IMG/VR virus record: IMGVR_UViG_3300023171_000011
Location: 1-64,000 of that record
Length of the DNA: 64,000 bases
Direction: 5' to 3' (one strand)
Origin: a virus
In this document: in pieces, positions 43,901 to 52,602 of the stretch
Layout: the number at the start of each line of letters is the position of its first letter
Position numbering within the stretch: the first letter of the stretch is position 1
Notes under the pieces: model-generated
The model's input: only the letters and a program-made list of their open reading frames with translations
Told to the model about the DNA's origin: nothing
Databases searched by the model: none
Translations under genes and position numbers: made by a program

Positions 43901-46205
43901 TCAAGACATGCTTAATGGTTTTAGTGAGGAAGGAGTTAAAACCACAACTGTAGAGGCTTCATTAAAACAGGAACTGATTGACGCAGGGTATGGCAAAGAA
44001 ATCAATGTAAAAACCAAAAACGGTAAGGAGAAAAGAAATGTACTGGATTGGAGGAAGCTAACAGGTATTGAGGGAAGTTTTGATACGATGAAGGAAAACC
44101 TGAACCGTTCATTCAAAGGCAAGGGGTATTCTCAGGCAGAGATTGATGGGTTTGAAAAACAACTCCAAGAAGATTACAACGATATCCACGCTGGTATAAT
44201 TGAGAAGTCAATTAACGAGTTGAACCGAAGAAATACGATCAGGGGTAACCAAACTAAACCTTTGGCGAGAAGACTTGCTGAGCTTTATAATTTGGGATTG
44301 TACGACAGTGACCCTGCTACGTATGAGAATATCCTGAACAACGCTTTAGGTATCAACCAAATCAGTCAGGATGCGTTCAACGAGATTAAAGCCTTAAACA
44401 AGTCTTTAGCGCAACTGATGGATACGAGGAAGCCTGATGGCACCCGACTGTCTGATGTAGCTTTAGCTGCTCTTGAAACCGATATTAAAAACAGGATATC
44501 CGGAGTGATCAGAAAGGTTCAGTTTGCAGAGGGTAATATGTTCTTTAAAACCTCTGATGTACTTAAGAATCTGTTTAGTGCCATGCAGCGAATGATGTTG
44601 GTTAAAATGAGTCAACTTATAGAGAACCCGTTTTCCGGGAAGGTCAATGACCTTCAAGTTCAGTTGCAGGACGCTTTCAAAAAAGGCAAGTGGGATACGA
44701 AAGAATTGGCCCAAAGAAGATCACAAATATCTAAGATTATTTATCAGGACATTACTTTGAGAGGTGGTGATGAATATGGTGGTGTTGGTAATCCGTTCAC
44801 CAGTAAGAACACCGTTGAAGATTTTGTAAATGGTCTTTCTAAGAAACCTTTATACACTTTAGCTACAGCCGTACTGAGCGGTAGGATTTACCTGGATGCA
44901 GCCGATTCATTCTTTAAGATCAAAAGGACTGAAAAAGAGTTCACTCACAACCTTCTCAGGATACTTACTGACCCAAGCAACCCTAATGGTTCAATGACTC
45001 AAGAGAATGCCTTACAGTACGTGTCAGAAGCCTTGACAGGGCAGTCGTTTGAAGAGAGTAAAAAGGTAGCCAGACAAATCATAGAAGACGTGAATAAAGC
45101 AGGTGGCAAAGAGTTAATCCGTTCTACGGAGTCAAACGTTTTAAGGGTGGCTAATGACATTGTGAAAGACAATTTGGTAAATGGTGGTGCTATGGATGCA
45201 AAGACCATGGAGGCTGCTTTTAAAGCCGGCTACCACACCGCAGGTAAAAGTATCGGTCACGAGTCTAACAACATCATTACAGACGGTGTGGGTAAGATCA
45301 ATGAGCTCATTCAAGTCAGGCTTCAAGAGGCACTTAAACGCAAAGACTACAGCACTGCAGCTATCCTTAATTTAACAAGTATTCTTTCTAAAAACATTGT
45401 CAATCCTTTTGTTGGAGGGGGAACGAATTGGACTATCCTTGGACTTCAAAAAATCGGATTACCTACAGAATTTTTAAGAAGTGATGTTGGGGTATCTAAG
45501 AAACCAATCGACCTATCTACCAAAGAGGGGTTGAAAGATTTACAAAAGAACCTGGCTGCGAATGCAGAAAGAAGCAGGATGTATGGAAGGATGGCTATAG
45601 GGACGTTTGCAGGACTTTCAGCGTTACTAGCATTAAAAGCTATAGATGATGACGATGATTACCTTAAATGGCTTAAAAAGCATCCAGAAGCCCGTAAATT
45701 GATCAACAAACTACAACCTGTTCCGATCACGCTTGCTTTGGCTGCTGATGAAAGTGGAAAGGACTTGGTTAAAGCGGTGTTTGAGGTATTTGGTAGCAGA
45801 CAGAACTTTGACGCTTTAAAAGTGAAGACTGCAGCACAGAACTTCTACGAAGGATATGCGGAGGACAATGAGGCTGACAAAAAGAAGGCTTGGGGTGCTA
45901 TGGGAGAATTGATTGGTAGAAGAACAAACGTTCCTTACATATCTGCGCTATCAAACTTTGGTCAACAAGAACAGAAGCTAAAGAACGACTTTATTCAGAA
46001 CCCAAGCAAAGCAGACTTCAAGGCTTCCAAAGGATTTATTAATGGTTACTATAAAGGTGGCTTTGCTGATTGGTTGCTAGGTGCTACAGGGGTTAAAGAA
46101 GAAGGGACTCCTTTTATTGGTGATGAGAACCTTTCTCCGGCCGACATTAAAAAGGCGATCAAAAAAGCACAAGAAGATTTGAGGAAAAAAAGAAATTCAA
46201 AATAA
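40938..46205 (+). CDS. giant internal virion / DNA-ejection protein (frame open from 40788)
   Basis: 1755 aa, helical; N-terminal HLTDEFKLPNHPTFS.ES.Y domain; no RNAP DxDGD motif seen. Confidence 0.75.
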   Translation: MADNQPKTRSGFDEWKASLPKRLRYEGDYDLKGYYNKYGASKVKGEAHLTDEFKLPNHPTFSTESKYFNENTKMQGGEWDGDSYVPFDPSKPIFDEKNNKYLPNTRRAPQGQDYAQNENPLGMMVPEQTPFNFAQSSNPELYNATVSKQPNVPEVETSRLNNLGKGLSSLYEGLLKIPRYAYDVAAAPQNALSKLLDNPNIATDYDSFLKQTSIDGLPSSPLTMLDQLGDYYKGEAKNYEAKTKKYDDNIVGSIGKGKWGEAGSQVLDQITESAPSIATMAMTAGAGQIANAGQVTSTLANALPFMSQKNAQLQDRTDVPEWLKPVNATLNGLSEVIFDQKFGTQAAIQGIVNRFTNEGREVAVDAAKEFAKSFVNKAMNGAKVIKPFATGAIEEGTTQLAQNIVDKYTTDPDKDLMEGVADAMIVGSAMTGPIETLGKIVQPKARKQVTELQTQQQSLLNELGNPNITEDARKGVEQLLENNQNSIESIAKETQDAIAKLNPTQKKEVEAIGEKITTAESIVNDPNASEEVKKVAEAQIDQLGKEIDAIKPEPVSAKNAQTDKSEIIPVKKGTDVAVDDTVELVNGKTGKVTNIEGDQITMTMEDGATFMATPDLVEMSVVKPKEAVQETQTPVEVKEPVKEKEVIVEPKIESNETKLPVPEKENVVTETVPQEKPKEVIEPTPIEVVNEAVKEPTELPKKETTTFDDLANKRLPNKEVRDTKSNVERETGDTLTSDIKEFDSVDFKQSMLHGEDVVEAAKKEFGDNYVTGTLDYVKESKMPFENKAVILVSLENNLRKQLLEDPKNKQLRKQIAAATAASVAHLRSGATAAATGIFRQAARTAYDTKLALEAIFSPKQLEERAKVEGAVAATSEDIQESYEASQADIQDAIDKGVEERVNEIYESMPTARRQRADKAIAALDRIQKKLRGKTYDASIGVPIAIIDAGITTIKAAIRAGVDIADAIELGIKKIREQHGKNWEEDAFRQDMLNGFSEEGVKTTTVEASLKQELIDAGYGKEINVKTKNGKEKRNVLDWRKLTGIEGSFDTMKENLNRSFKGKGYSQAEIDGFEKQLQEDYNDIHAGIIEKSINELNRRNTIRGNQTKPLARRLAELYNLGLYDSDPATYENILNNALGINQISQDAFNEIKALNKSLAQLMDTRKPDGTRLSDVALAALETDIKNRISGVIRKVQFAEGNMFFKTSDVLKNLFSAMQRMMLVKMSQLIENPFSGKVNDLQVQLQDAFKKGKWDTKELAQRRSQISKIIYQDITLRGGDEYGGVGNPFTSKNTVEDFVNGLSKKPLYTLATAVLSGRIYLDAADSFFKIKRTEKEFTHNLLRILTDPSNPNGSMTQENALQYVSEALTGQSFEESKKVARQIIEDVNKAGGKELIRSTESNVLRVANDIVKDNLVNGGAMDAKTMEAAFKAGYHTAGKSIGHESNNIITDGVGKINELIQVRLQEALKRKDYSTAAILNLTSILSKNIVNPFVGGGTNWTILGLQKIGLPTEFLRSDVGVSKKPIDLSTKEGLKDLQKNLAANAERSRMYGRMAIGTFAGLSALLALKAIDDDDDYLKWLKKHPEARKLINKLQPVPITLALAADESGKDLVKAVFEVFGSRQNFDALKVKTAAQNFYEGYAEDNEADKKKAWGAMGELIGRRTNVPYISALSNFGQQEQKLKNDFIQNPSKADFKASKGFINGYYKGGFADWLLGATGVKEEGTPFIGDENLSPADIKKAIKKAQEDLRKKRNSK

Positions 46206-46231
46206 AGTAGTGGGAATTTAAAAATAGTTCC

Positions 46232-46339
46232 TATGTTTGAAGTGTAAGTAAAACATTGTGGGGTGAGAGACACAATTAAAAACATTAATAGGGCTTACTC
46301 GGCATCTGGACTCTCACCTCCTTTTGTCGGGTAAGCCTT
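46232..46339 (+). promoter_or_regulatory. promoter plus two-hairpin leader with complementary loops
   Basis: TATGTTTG; GGGGTGAGAG (46260-69) complementary to CTCTCACCTC (46311-20) in the loop of a 15-bp stem. Confidence 0.65.
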
Positions 46340-46349
46340 AATCATTTTT

Positions 46350-46961
46350 ATGAAAAAATTCATTTTATCTACATTATTGCATTATGCCAATAGGTCTGTG
46401 CCGTATCCAAAGGATGACTTTTATGCTTTAAAAAGCATGTTATTAGAAAGGTATGGTGATCGTGTAGATGACGACTATCAACACATAACAAAAAGCTGTT
46501 ATACTTGTGATGGTACGGGTAAGTATTATGGATATAGAGGGATAGATATTTGTTGGCATTGCTGTGGAACTGGAATATATTCTAATTTCTATGTGATACT
46601 TAAAAAGTACCAATTCGGCAAATATCAGTTTCATACTCCCAGTGAAAGAAAATACATTTATTCAGATAAAGATTTACCTAAAGTAAATTTTATACAAGGA
46701 TATATCACCCATAAAACGCCTAAATATTACTTAGCCACTGAATGTGGTTTGTGGTTGATGTTATTTTATAATCGAAGGGTTTTTATGAAGATGATGAGAT
46801 CATCGTGTGCTTGTGGGCCAATAATGACACCACTAGTTTTTATCCAAAAAATAGTCTGGTTTTTTAAATGGAAAGAGTACAGAAAATGGTTTATTAAAAA
46901 GCCAACTAAAACTATATACAAAAATCAAGATCACCAAGATATACATGAATTACCATTTTAA
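46350..46961 (+). CDS. protein with DnaJ-type CxxCxGxG zinc finger
   Basis: CYTCDGTG, CWHCCGTG; ends DIHELPF. Confidence 0.7.
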   Translation: MKKFILSTLLHYANRSVPYPKDDFYALKSMLLERYGDRVDDDYQHITKSCYTCDGTGKYYGYRGIDICWHCCGTGIYSNFYVILKKYQFGKYQFHTPSERKYIYSDKDLPKVNFIQGYITHKTPKYYLATECGLWLMLFYNRRVFMKMMRSSCACGPIMTPLVFIQKIVWFFKWKEYRKWFIKKPTKTIYKNQDHQDIHELPF

Positions 46962-46975
46962 ACAAAACTAGTACC

Positions 46976-47218
46976 ATGACAAAAGAAGAAAAATTAAAAT
47001 TAGAAGCCGAAAAATGCTTGGAATATTTTGTTGATAGTCTACCTGCTTGGACTGAGAAAAGAAAAGAAGCCGTATTAAAAGCAATACTCTCCTTCGGTGA
47101 GAATTACAAAACTATATTGGCTACTATACCTTGTGAGTGTAAATATTCAATTAAAGATAAAAATTATAATCGTTGCTCTTCTTGCGGTGGTAATTGGAAA
47201 AACAGAATAAATAAATAG
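46976..47218 (+). CDS. hypothetical protein with Zn ribbon
   Basis: CEC...CSSC. Confidence 0.55.
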   Translation: MTKEEKLKLEAEKCLEYFVDSLPAWTEKRKEAVLKAILSFGENYKTILATIPCECKYSIKDKNYNRCSSCGGNWKNRINK

Positions 47219-47219
47219 C

Positions 47220-50200
47220 ATGAGCTTATACGACAAATTACTCCAAAAAACATCCAAGTCAATTTACCTCAATCAAAAAAGAACAAGCGATCAGGCTTAT
47301 GTGGTGGATAAAGAAACAGGTAATTGGATTCCGATAGAAAAGACTTATGAAGCGGACTTGGGACTCAAAGGCGACTTCTACGTACACTTAGCTTTAAAAG
47401 GCAATGGATGGGTTGTAAGCGAGGGAATGAGCGGGAGCAGTCTTAGTACCGGAACAACGATGGAAGTGGCTGTAATGGCTGCAAAATCGAAAGTACAGGG
47501 CTATATCAAGAAGCATAGCGAAGAATTATTTTATGACCTCTTGTTAAAGGCTAAAGAAAAGCTAACCAAAAAGAACCCAAGATACATTCCTACGCTTGAG
47601 AAGTTGGAAGAGGTGGTGCCTGAACCTGTAATCGAACCTATACCTGGTGTCGGTAATCACGACGTTAGCCCCGAACCAATCACTTTAAAGTCAGTCGTCC
47701 GAGATTGCTTGAATTACAAGAACACCATTGATGTTGACTACATATCAGAAGCTTTAGGATTAGATTCAGAGGAAGTGGAGAACCAATTGCTTGCTGAGGA
47801 GTTAGTCTTCTACAACCCTGAAAACAACGTGTTAGAAGCACCTGATGAATACCTGTCAGGTAATGTAAGAGTCAAGTTGATTAAAGCCGAAGAAGCGGCT
47901 ATAAACAATCCTATGTTCCTTAGAAATGTAGAGAAGCTTAAAGAAGTTCAACCCGAACAGATACCCTCTGCTTTCATTCAATATTCACTTGGTGCAGCAT
48001 GGATTCCAAAAGAGGTGTTTGAGAAGTTCGCTACAGATATGTTCAAGACCAAAGTCAAGATTCAGTATTTGGAGTTGACAGGCAAATATTCAGCTACAGC
48101 TTACTTTAGTGGTGGACCACAAATTAAAATGACCTATGCAGCCGGAGGAAAGAACGGACTTGAAATTCTAAACGCTACTTTAAACAACCAGCAAATAACG
48201 ATCAGCGAGACTAAGAGCGGAAAGACAACCAAGAACCTCGATAAGACTGCAGCAGCTCAGGGAATGCAAGAGCAAATGCAAGATGAATTCCAGGCTTTTA
48301 TTCGAGCCAACAGGGATATTGAAGAGAGCACCGAGAAAGAGTACAACGAGATATTTAATTCCAGAGTCACCCGTAATTTTGTGATTCCAGATTTGGTTCA
48401 TTATCCAGGTGCTTCAACTCACATCTATTTACTCAAACATCAAAAGGCAGCAGTCATCAGAGGGTTAAATCACAGCACTTTATTTGCGCATGTTGTTGGT
48501 TCTGGAAAAACTCTAGTTATTATTACAACGGCAATGGAACTGCGTAGATTGGGCAAAGCGACCAAACCAATGATCGTAGTCCAAAACAAGACACGTGGAC
48601 AATTTATAGCCTCGTTCATGGATTTATACCCTGACGCAAATATCCTCGCTCCTACAGGCTTAGAATTGACTACAGCGTACAGGGCAGAGCTCTATTACAA
48701 GATACGTGATCAGGATTGGGATGCAATCATTTTACCTGCCTCTCAGTTTGATATGATACCTGATGACTTGGACAGACAAAAGAAAATACTTGCCGATCAG
48801 ATTAATGAAGTGCAGGAAGTTCTTTATAATATCGATAAGAGGGTAATGCCTCAAGAGTACGCTTCGGTCAACAGGCAGTTGCGTGGATTAAGAAAAGACT
48901 TAGGTGATATTGAGATAAATGAAGAACAGAGAAGAAATGCTAGAGAATTAGCTTCACAAGTTGACGGAAGCAAACCTTTATTGAACTTTGAAGACCTTGG
49001 TGTAGATGCTCTTTTAATTGACGAATTTCACCGTTATAAACGTTTAGGCGGAATTTATACCGCATTAGCAAACGTAAAGGGGATTGACGTACAGAAGAGT
49101 AATCGGAGTCAATCTACACTCCTAAAAATGCGTTGGGTACAGCAACATAATGAGGGAAGAAACACACTTGTCTATACAGGCACCCCAATCAGTAATACGA
49201 TGGCAGAGGCATGGACCATGATCAGATATGTTCGTCCTGATATTTTAAAGAAAATTGGTATTCAACACTTCGATCAATTCGCTAAGACATTCGGACAAGT
49301 GATACCTTCTTTAGAACAAACAGGTGGTGGTACGTTTAAAATTCAGAACAGGTTTGCTAAATTCCAGAACTTACCTGAGTTTATCGCAGCTTTTAGGGAA
49401 TGTACAGACGTAGTATTGAAAGAGGATATAGCTGAGTTCCATTTGAATGATATGATTCCTAAATTACATGGGGGCCAGATCAAACAAGAGATTATTAAAC
49501 AGTCAGAAGAGCTACGTTTACAAATTAAGGAGTTTAGAGAGCTTTTAGAGTGGTATGACGAACTGGAAGGTATGGATAGAAGAAAGTATAGCTACATTCC
49601 TTTGGTGGTCTTTGGAAGGGCTAAACAGGCCTCTATTGACTTACGGTTACTCAGTCCTGCAAACAAAGACGTTCCGAATAGTAAAGTCAACCAAGTAATC
49701 AGACACGCATTGAGGATTTACCATGAGACAGGACTTGTTCAAATGATATTCTCCGACCTTTACCAATCTCCGGAACCAAAAGAACCTTTTATAGACGAAG
49801 ATTGCCAAATACCCAACCCTGCGTATGGAATGCCAAGGTTCAACCTATTCAATGATATCAAACAAAAACTCATAGCACAGGGAGTAAAGCCTCACGAGAT
49901 CGCTATACTAACGGAACCTAAATACGACAAAGCCGAAAAAGCAGAACAATTATTTGCTGATGCCAACGCTGCCAGGATAAAGTTCTTACTTGGGAGCACA
50001 GAAAGAATGGGAGTGGGGGTGAATGCTCAAAAAAGATTGATTGGTCTTCACCATGTAGACGCACCGAACAGACCTATGGATTTCGAGCAACGTAACGGTC
50101 GTATAGAGCGTCAGGGAAACTTAAACAAAGAGATACACATATTTGCCTACGGAGTGGAGAAAACCCTTGACAGCGCAGCATTTCAACGTCTTGCAACCAA

Positions 50201-51038
50201 ACAAAGGTTCATTAACCAAATTATGAAAGGTGAGGGAGTAGATAGGGTTATGGAAGATGCTGCTGACGAAGCTCAAATGACTTTCGATGAGATGATGGCC
50301 CACTTATCTGATAGTCCTCATGCCATGACTAAATTGATGCTTGACAATCGCTTGAAATCTGAGCGCATGAAAAGAGACAACCACTTCGCAAAACAAGTTC
50401 AAACCCAAAGACAACTGAATTATGCTTTAGAAGACATTGGTAAATTAGAAATAGAACTTGCTGAACAACAAAAATATTCCTCAGTAGTGAAAGAGTTCTT
50501 CCCCAATAGGTTTGTCTTCATGCAAGCCGGCAAAGAAAAGTACGCAGAACAGTTTGGTACAGCTTGCGACACCTACGTTGACTCTTTGATGGAGCTTTAT
50601 ATCAACAGCCCAACAGGAGTCGTGATGGGTTCGTTTCTGATCAACGATGTGAAAGTAAACGTAAAGATCCACACAGCAGAAAAGTACAGCAAGAAAACAA
50701 AAGGCATGATTCCATATCCGGTATTGAGCTATACTTGTCCGGAGATCGGTATCTTTGAAAACATCCATGGTAGCGGAAGACAAGTGAACACCAATCAGGG
50801 AATGAGCATGATCAACGACATTCAATGGCAACTTGATTTGATTAAAGATGAACCCGATCAATTGAAAGACAAAATAAGACGCATTAGAGTCACTACAAGC
50901 GAACTTGAGCGCACAATGGATAAAGTATTCGATGAGACACGTTTGAATGGCTTAGAAGAAGAGATTGAGGTATTGAAAGGCAAGATGCTTGCGGAGAAGA
51001 ATAAAGTGGTAGAACAAGATGAATTAATAATAGAATGA
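47220..51038 (+). CDS. DarB-like SNF2-family helicase (no methyltransferase domain)
   Basis: DEYLSGNVR.K, LGAAWIP, AHVVGSGKT, IDEFH, TGTPISN, D.PNRP.D.EQR.GRI.RQGN. Confidence 0.88.
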   Translation: MSLYDKLLQKTSKSIYLNQKRTSDQAYVVDKETGNWIPIEKTYEADLGLKGDFYVHLALKGNGWVVSEGMSGSSLSTGTTMEVAVMAAKSKVQGYIKKHSEELFYDLLLKAKEKLTKKNPRYIPTLEKLEEVVPEPVIEPIPGVGNHDVSPEPITLKSVVRDCLNYKNTIDVDYISEALGLDSEEVENQLLAEELVFYNPENNVLEAPDEYLSGNVRVKLIKAEEAAINNPMFLRNVEKLKEVQPEQIPSAFIQYSLGAAWIPKEVFEKFATDMFKTKVKIQYLELTGKYSATAYFSGGPQIKMTYAAGGKNGLEILNATLNNQQITISETKSGKTTKNLDKTAAAQGMQEQMQDEFQAFIRANRDIEESTEKEYNEIFNSRVTRNFVIPDLVHYPGASTHIYLLKHQKAAVIRGLNHSTLFAHVVGSGKTLVIITTAMELRRLGKATKPMIVVQNKTRGQFIASFMDLYPDANILAPTGLELTTAYRAELYYKIRDQDWDAIILPASQFDMIPDDLDRQKKILADQINEVQEVLYNIDKRVMPQEYASVNRQLRGLRKDLGDIEINEEQRRNARELASQVDGSKPLLNFEDLGVDALLIDEFHRYKRLGGIYTALANVKGIDVQKSNRSQSTLLKMRWVQQHNEGRNTLVYTGTPISNTMAEAWTMIRYVRPDILKKIGIQHFDQFAKTFGQVIPSLEQTGGGTFKIQNRFAKFQNLPEFIAAFRECTDVVLKEDIAEFHLNDMIPKLHGGQIKQEIIKQSEELRLQIKEFRELLEWYDELEGMDRRKYSYIPLVVFGRAKQASIDLRLLSPANKDVPNSKVNQVIRHALRIYHETGLVQMIFSDLYQSPEPKEPFIDEDCQIPNPAYGMPRFNLFNDIKQKLIAQGVKPHEIAILTEPKYDKAEKAEQLFADANAARIKFLLGSTERMGVGVNAQKRLIGLHHVDAPNRPMDFEQRNGRIERQGNLNKEIHIFAYGVEKTLDSAAFQRLATKQRFINQIMKGEGVDRVMEDAADEAQMTFDEMMAHLSDSPHAMTKLMLDNRLKSERMKRDNHFAKQVQTQRQLNYALEDIGKLEIELAEQQKYSSVVKEFFPNRFVFMQAGKEKYAEQFGTACDTYVDSLMELYINSPTGVVMGSFLINDVKVNVKIHTAEKYSKKTKGMIPYPVLSYTCPEIGIFENIHGSGRQVNTNQGMSMINDIQWQLDLIKDEPDQLKDKIRRIRVTTSELERTMDKVFDETRLNGLEEEIEVLKGKMLAEKNKVVEQDELIIE

Positions 51039-51039
51039 T

Positions 51040-51423
51040 ATGAAAACTAACGAATTGAAAACCGGAAACCTTTTATTTAAAAATAACGAGGTAGTTACAG
51101 TGATGAATATATTTGGTCCAAGTGGGCTTGTTCAGTTTAAAGAAGAACCTTTTCAGCGTATCCCTTTATTGGTAGCTGAGATTGAAGGTATACCATTAAC
51201 CGAGGAATGGTTATTAAAATTTGATTTTGTACTCACAGATGTAACTTTAAAAAAACACTTAGATGTACCGACATATAATAACAGATGGCATGGTGTATTT
51301 TTAGAATACCACCTTTTAGGATGGTACATGGTAAAGCCGCATATAATAAACGAGATTCAGTGGGTACATCAACTACAAAACATTTATTTCGACGTAACAA
51401 GGGAGGAGTTAGTTTTGAAATAA
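51040..51423 (+). CDS. conserved Bacteroidetes-phage protein
   Basis: NELKTGN...IPLTEEWLLKF...VHQLQNIYF..T.EEL. Confidence 0.75.
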   Translation: MKTNELKTGNLLFKNNEVVTVMNIFGPSGLVQFKEEPFQRIPLLVAEIEGIPLTEEWLLKFDFVLTDVTLKKHLDVPTYNNRWHGVFLEYHLLGWYMVKPHIINEIQWVHQLQNIYFDVTREELVLK

Positions 51424-51462
51424 AATTTCTACATTTACTGAAACTTTAATAATTCAGCTAAT

Positions 51463-51714
51463 ATGGCAACATACCCATCCTACACCTTTGATTCGTCAAC
51501 TAACTACGCTCAGGTTCGTGAGACGGTAATGGTTATGCTAAGCGACTTGATCAATCAATACGGTTGTTGTAAACCTAAATACGTAGAAGAGGCTATTAAC
51601 GAAGCATTGCCTTTTATTCAGTGCTTTGATTACGATGAGGCGACAAACACCGAAAGGTACAAGTCAGATGTAGAAACGAGTTACAAACTTTTATTTAATA
51701 TAGCAAATGGCTGA
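51463..51714 (+). CDS. small virion-region protein
   Basis: ORF track; first gene of fibre operon. Confidence 0.6.
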   Translation: MATYPSYTFDSSTNYAQVRETVMVMLSDLINQYGCCKPKYVEEAINEALPFIQCFDYDEATNTERYKSDVETSYKLLFNIANG

Positions 51715-52576
51715 GTTTCCTAGTGACGTTTTGTTGCAGGTACAGGCCGGCAATGAATATTTCAGCAATCTAGCTGATGAAAAGCTGAATGACTTAAAGC
51801 GAGGTTGCATAGATTGTGAGCCTCGCTCTTATCGTTGTCTTCAAACACTTATGATAGCAATCAACCATAAAGTGTTTATTGATTCTTATGATGATGCTGC
51901 AAAAGGAAATGTAGAACAGATGTTAACGATTATTGGGGACTACACGGTTAAAATTCCCCCCACAGTTAGCGCAGGAGCAGACCAAGTCGTAGAAGTCGGA
52001 ACACCTGCAGTATTCACCGCAAACATCACCCTTGGTTCCGGAACACTTGTCTCCGTTCTTTGGGAAAAGATCAGTGGTGGTTCAGCCAACCTATCGGGAG
52101 CCAATACAGCCGTTCTAACGGTATCAAATTTCTCAGACGGACAAATTAACCTCAAAGTCACTGTAGTGGATTCTAATGGGCTTACAGCCTCTGATACGGT
52201 TATGCTAACAGGCACTCAAGATACAGCTAGAGTTGCTTACTGGTCAAGTGGCCCTGATTTTACTATTCCTTCTTACGCAACAATAACCGGAACCTGGAAT
52301 CAAGTTGCTTTTCTTCCTAATGGTCAAATTAATTTTCCTTTTTTGGTAAACTCTTTAGCTATTTTGAAAGTTGCCTATCCGAGTGATGAACCGATTAAAA
52401 ACAGGTGGAGTGATATTGCGGACTTGAGTTTGTTTGGGCCTATTGGAACAGATGAGGATACTTGGGGAGCAGGGACAGTAGTCAGTGGCGCTATTCCTTT
52501 AAGAGTGCATACGACTAATTTTCTTACAACCTATAATAAAGCACAACCATCAGGTATTAGATTTCAAACAGTTTAA
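51707..52576 (+). CDS. virion protein with PKD/Ig-like domain
   Basis: PPTVSAGADQ...WEKISG...KVTVVDSNG..ASDTV. Confidence 0.75.
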   Translation: MAEFPSDVLLQVQAGNEYFSNLADEKLNDLKRGCIDCEPRSYRCLQTLMIAINHKVFIDSYDDAAKGNVEQMLTIIGDYTVKIPPTVSAGADQVVEVGTPAVFTANITLGSGTLVSVLWEKISGGSANLSGANTAVLTVSNFSDGQINLKVTVVDSNGLTASDTVMLTGTQDTARVAYWSSGPDFTIPSYATITGTWNQVAFLPNGQINFPFLVNSLAILKVAYPSDEPIKNRWSDIADLSLFGPIGTDEDTWGAGTVVSGAIPLRVHTTNFLTTYNKAQPSGIRFQTV

Positions 52577-52602
52577 TTTATAACCCTTTAATACAGTGTA
52601 CC

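Noticed and set aside
40938-46205. Giant protein as virion RNA polymerase
   Set aside because: No DxDGD/DFDID catalytic motif found; composition fits a helical ejection protein.
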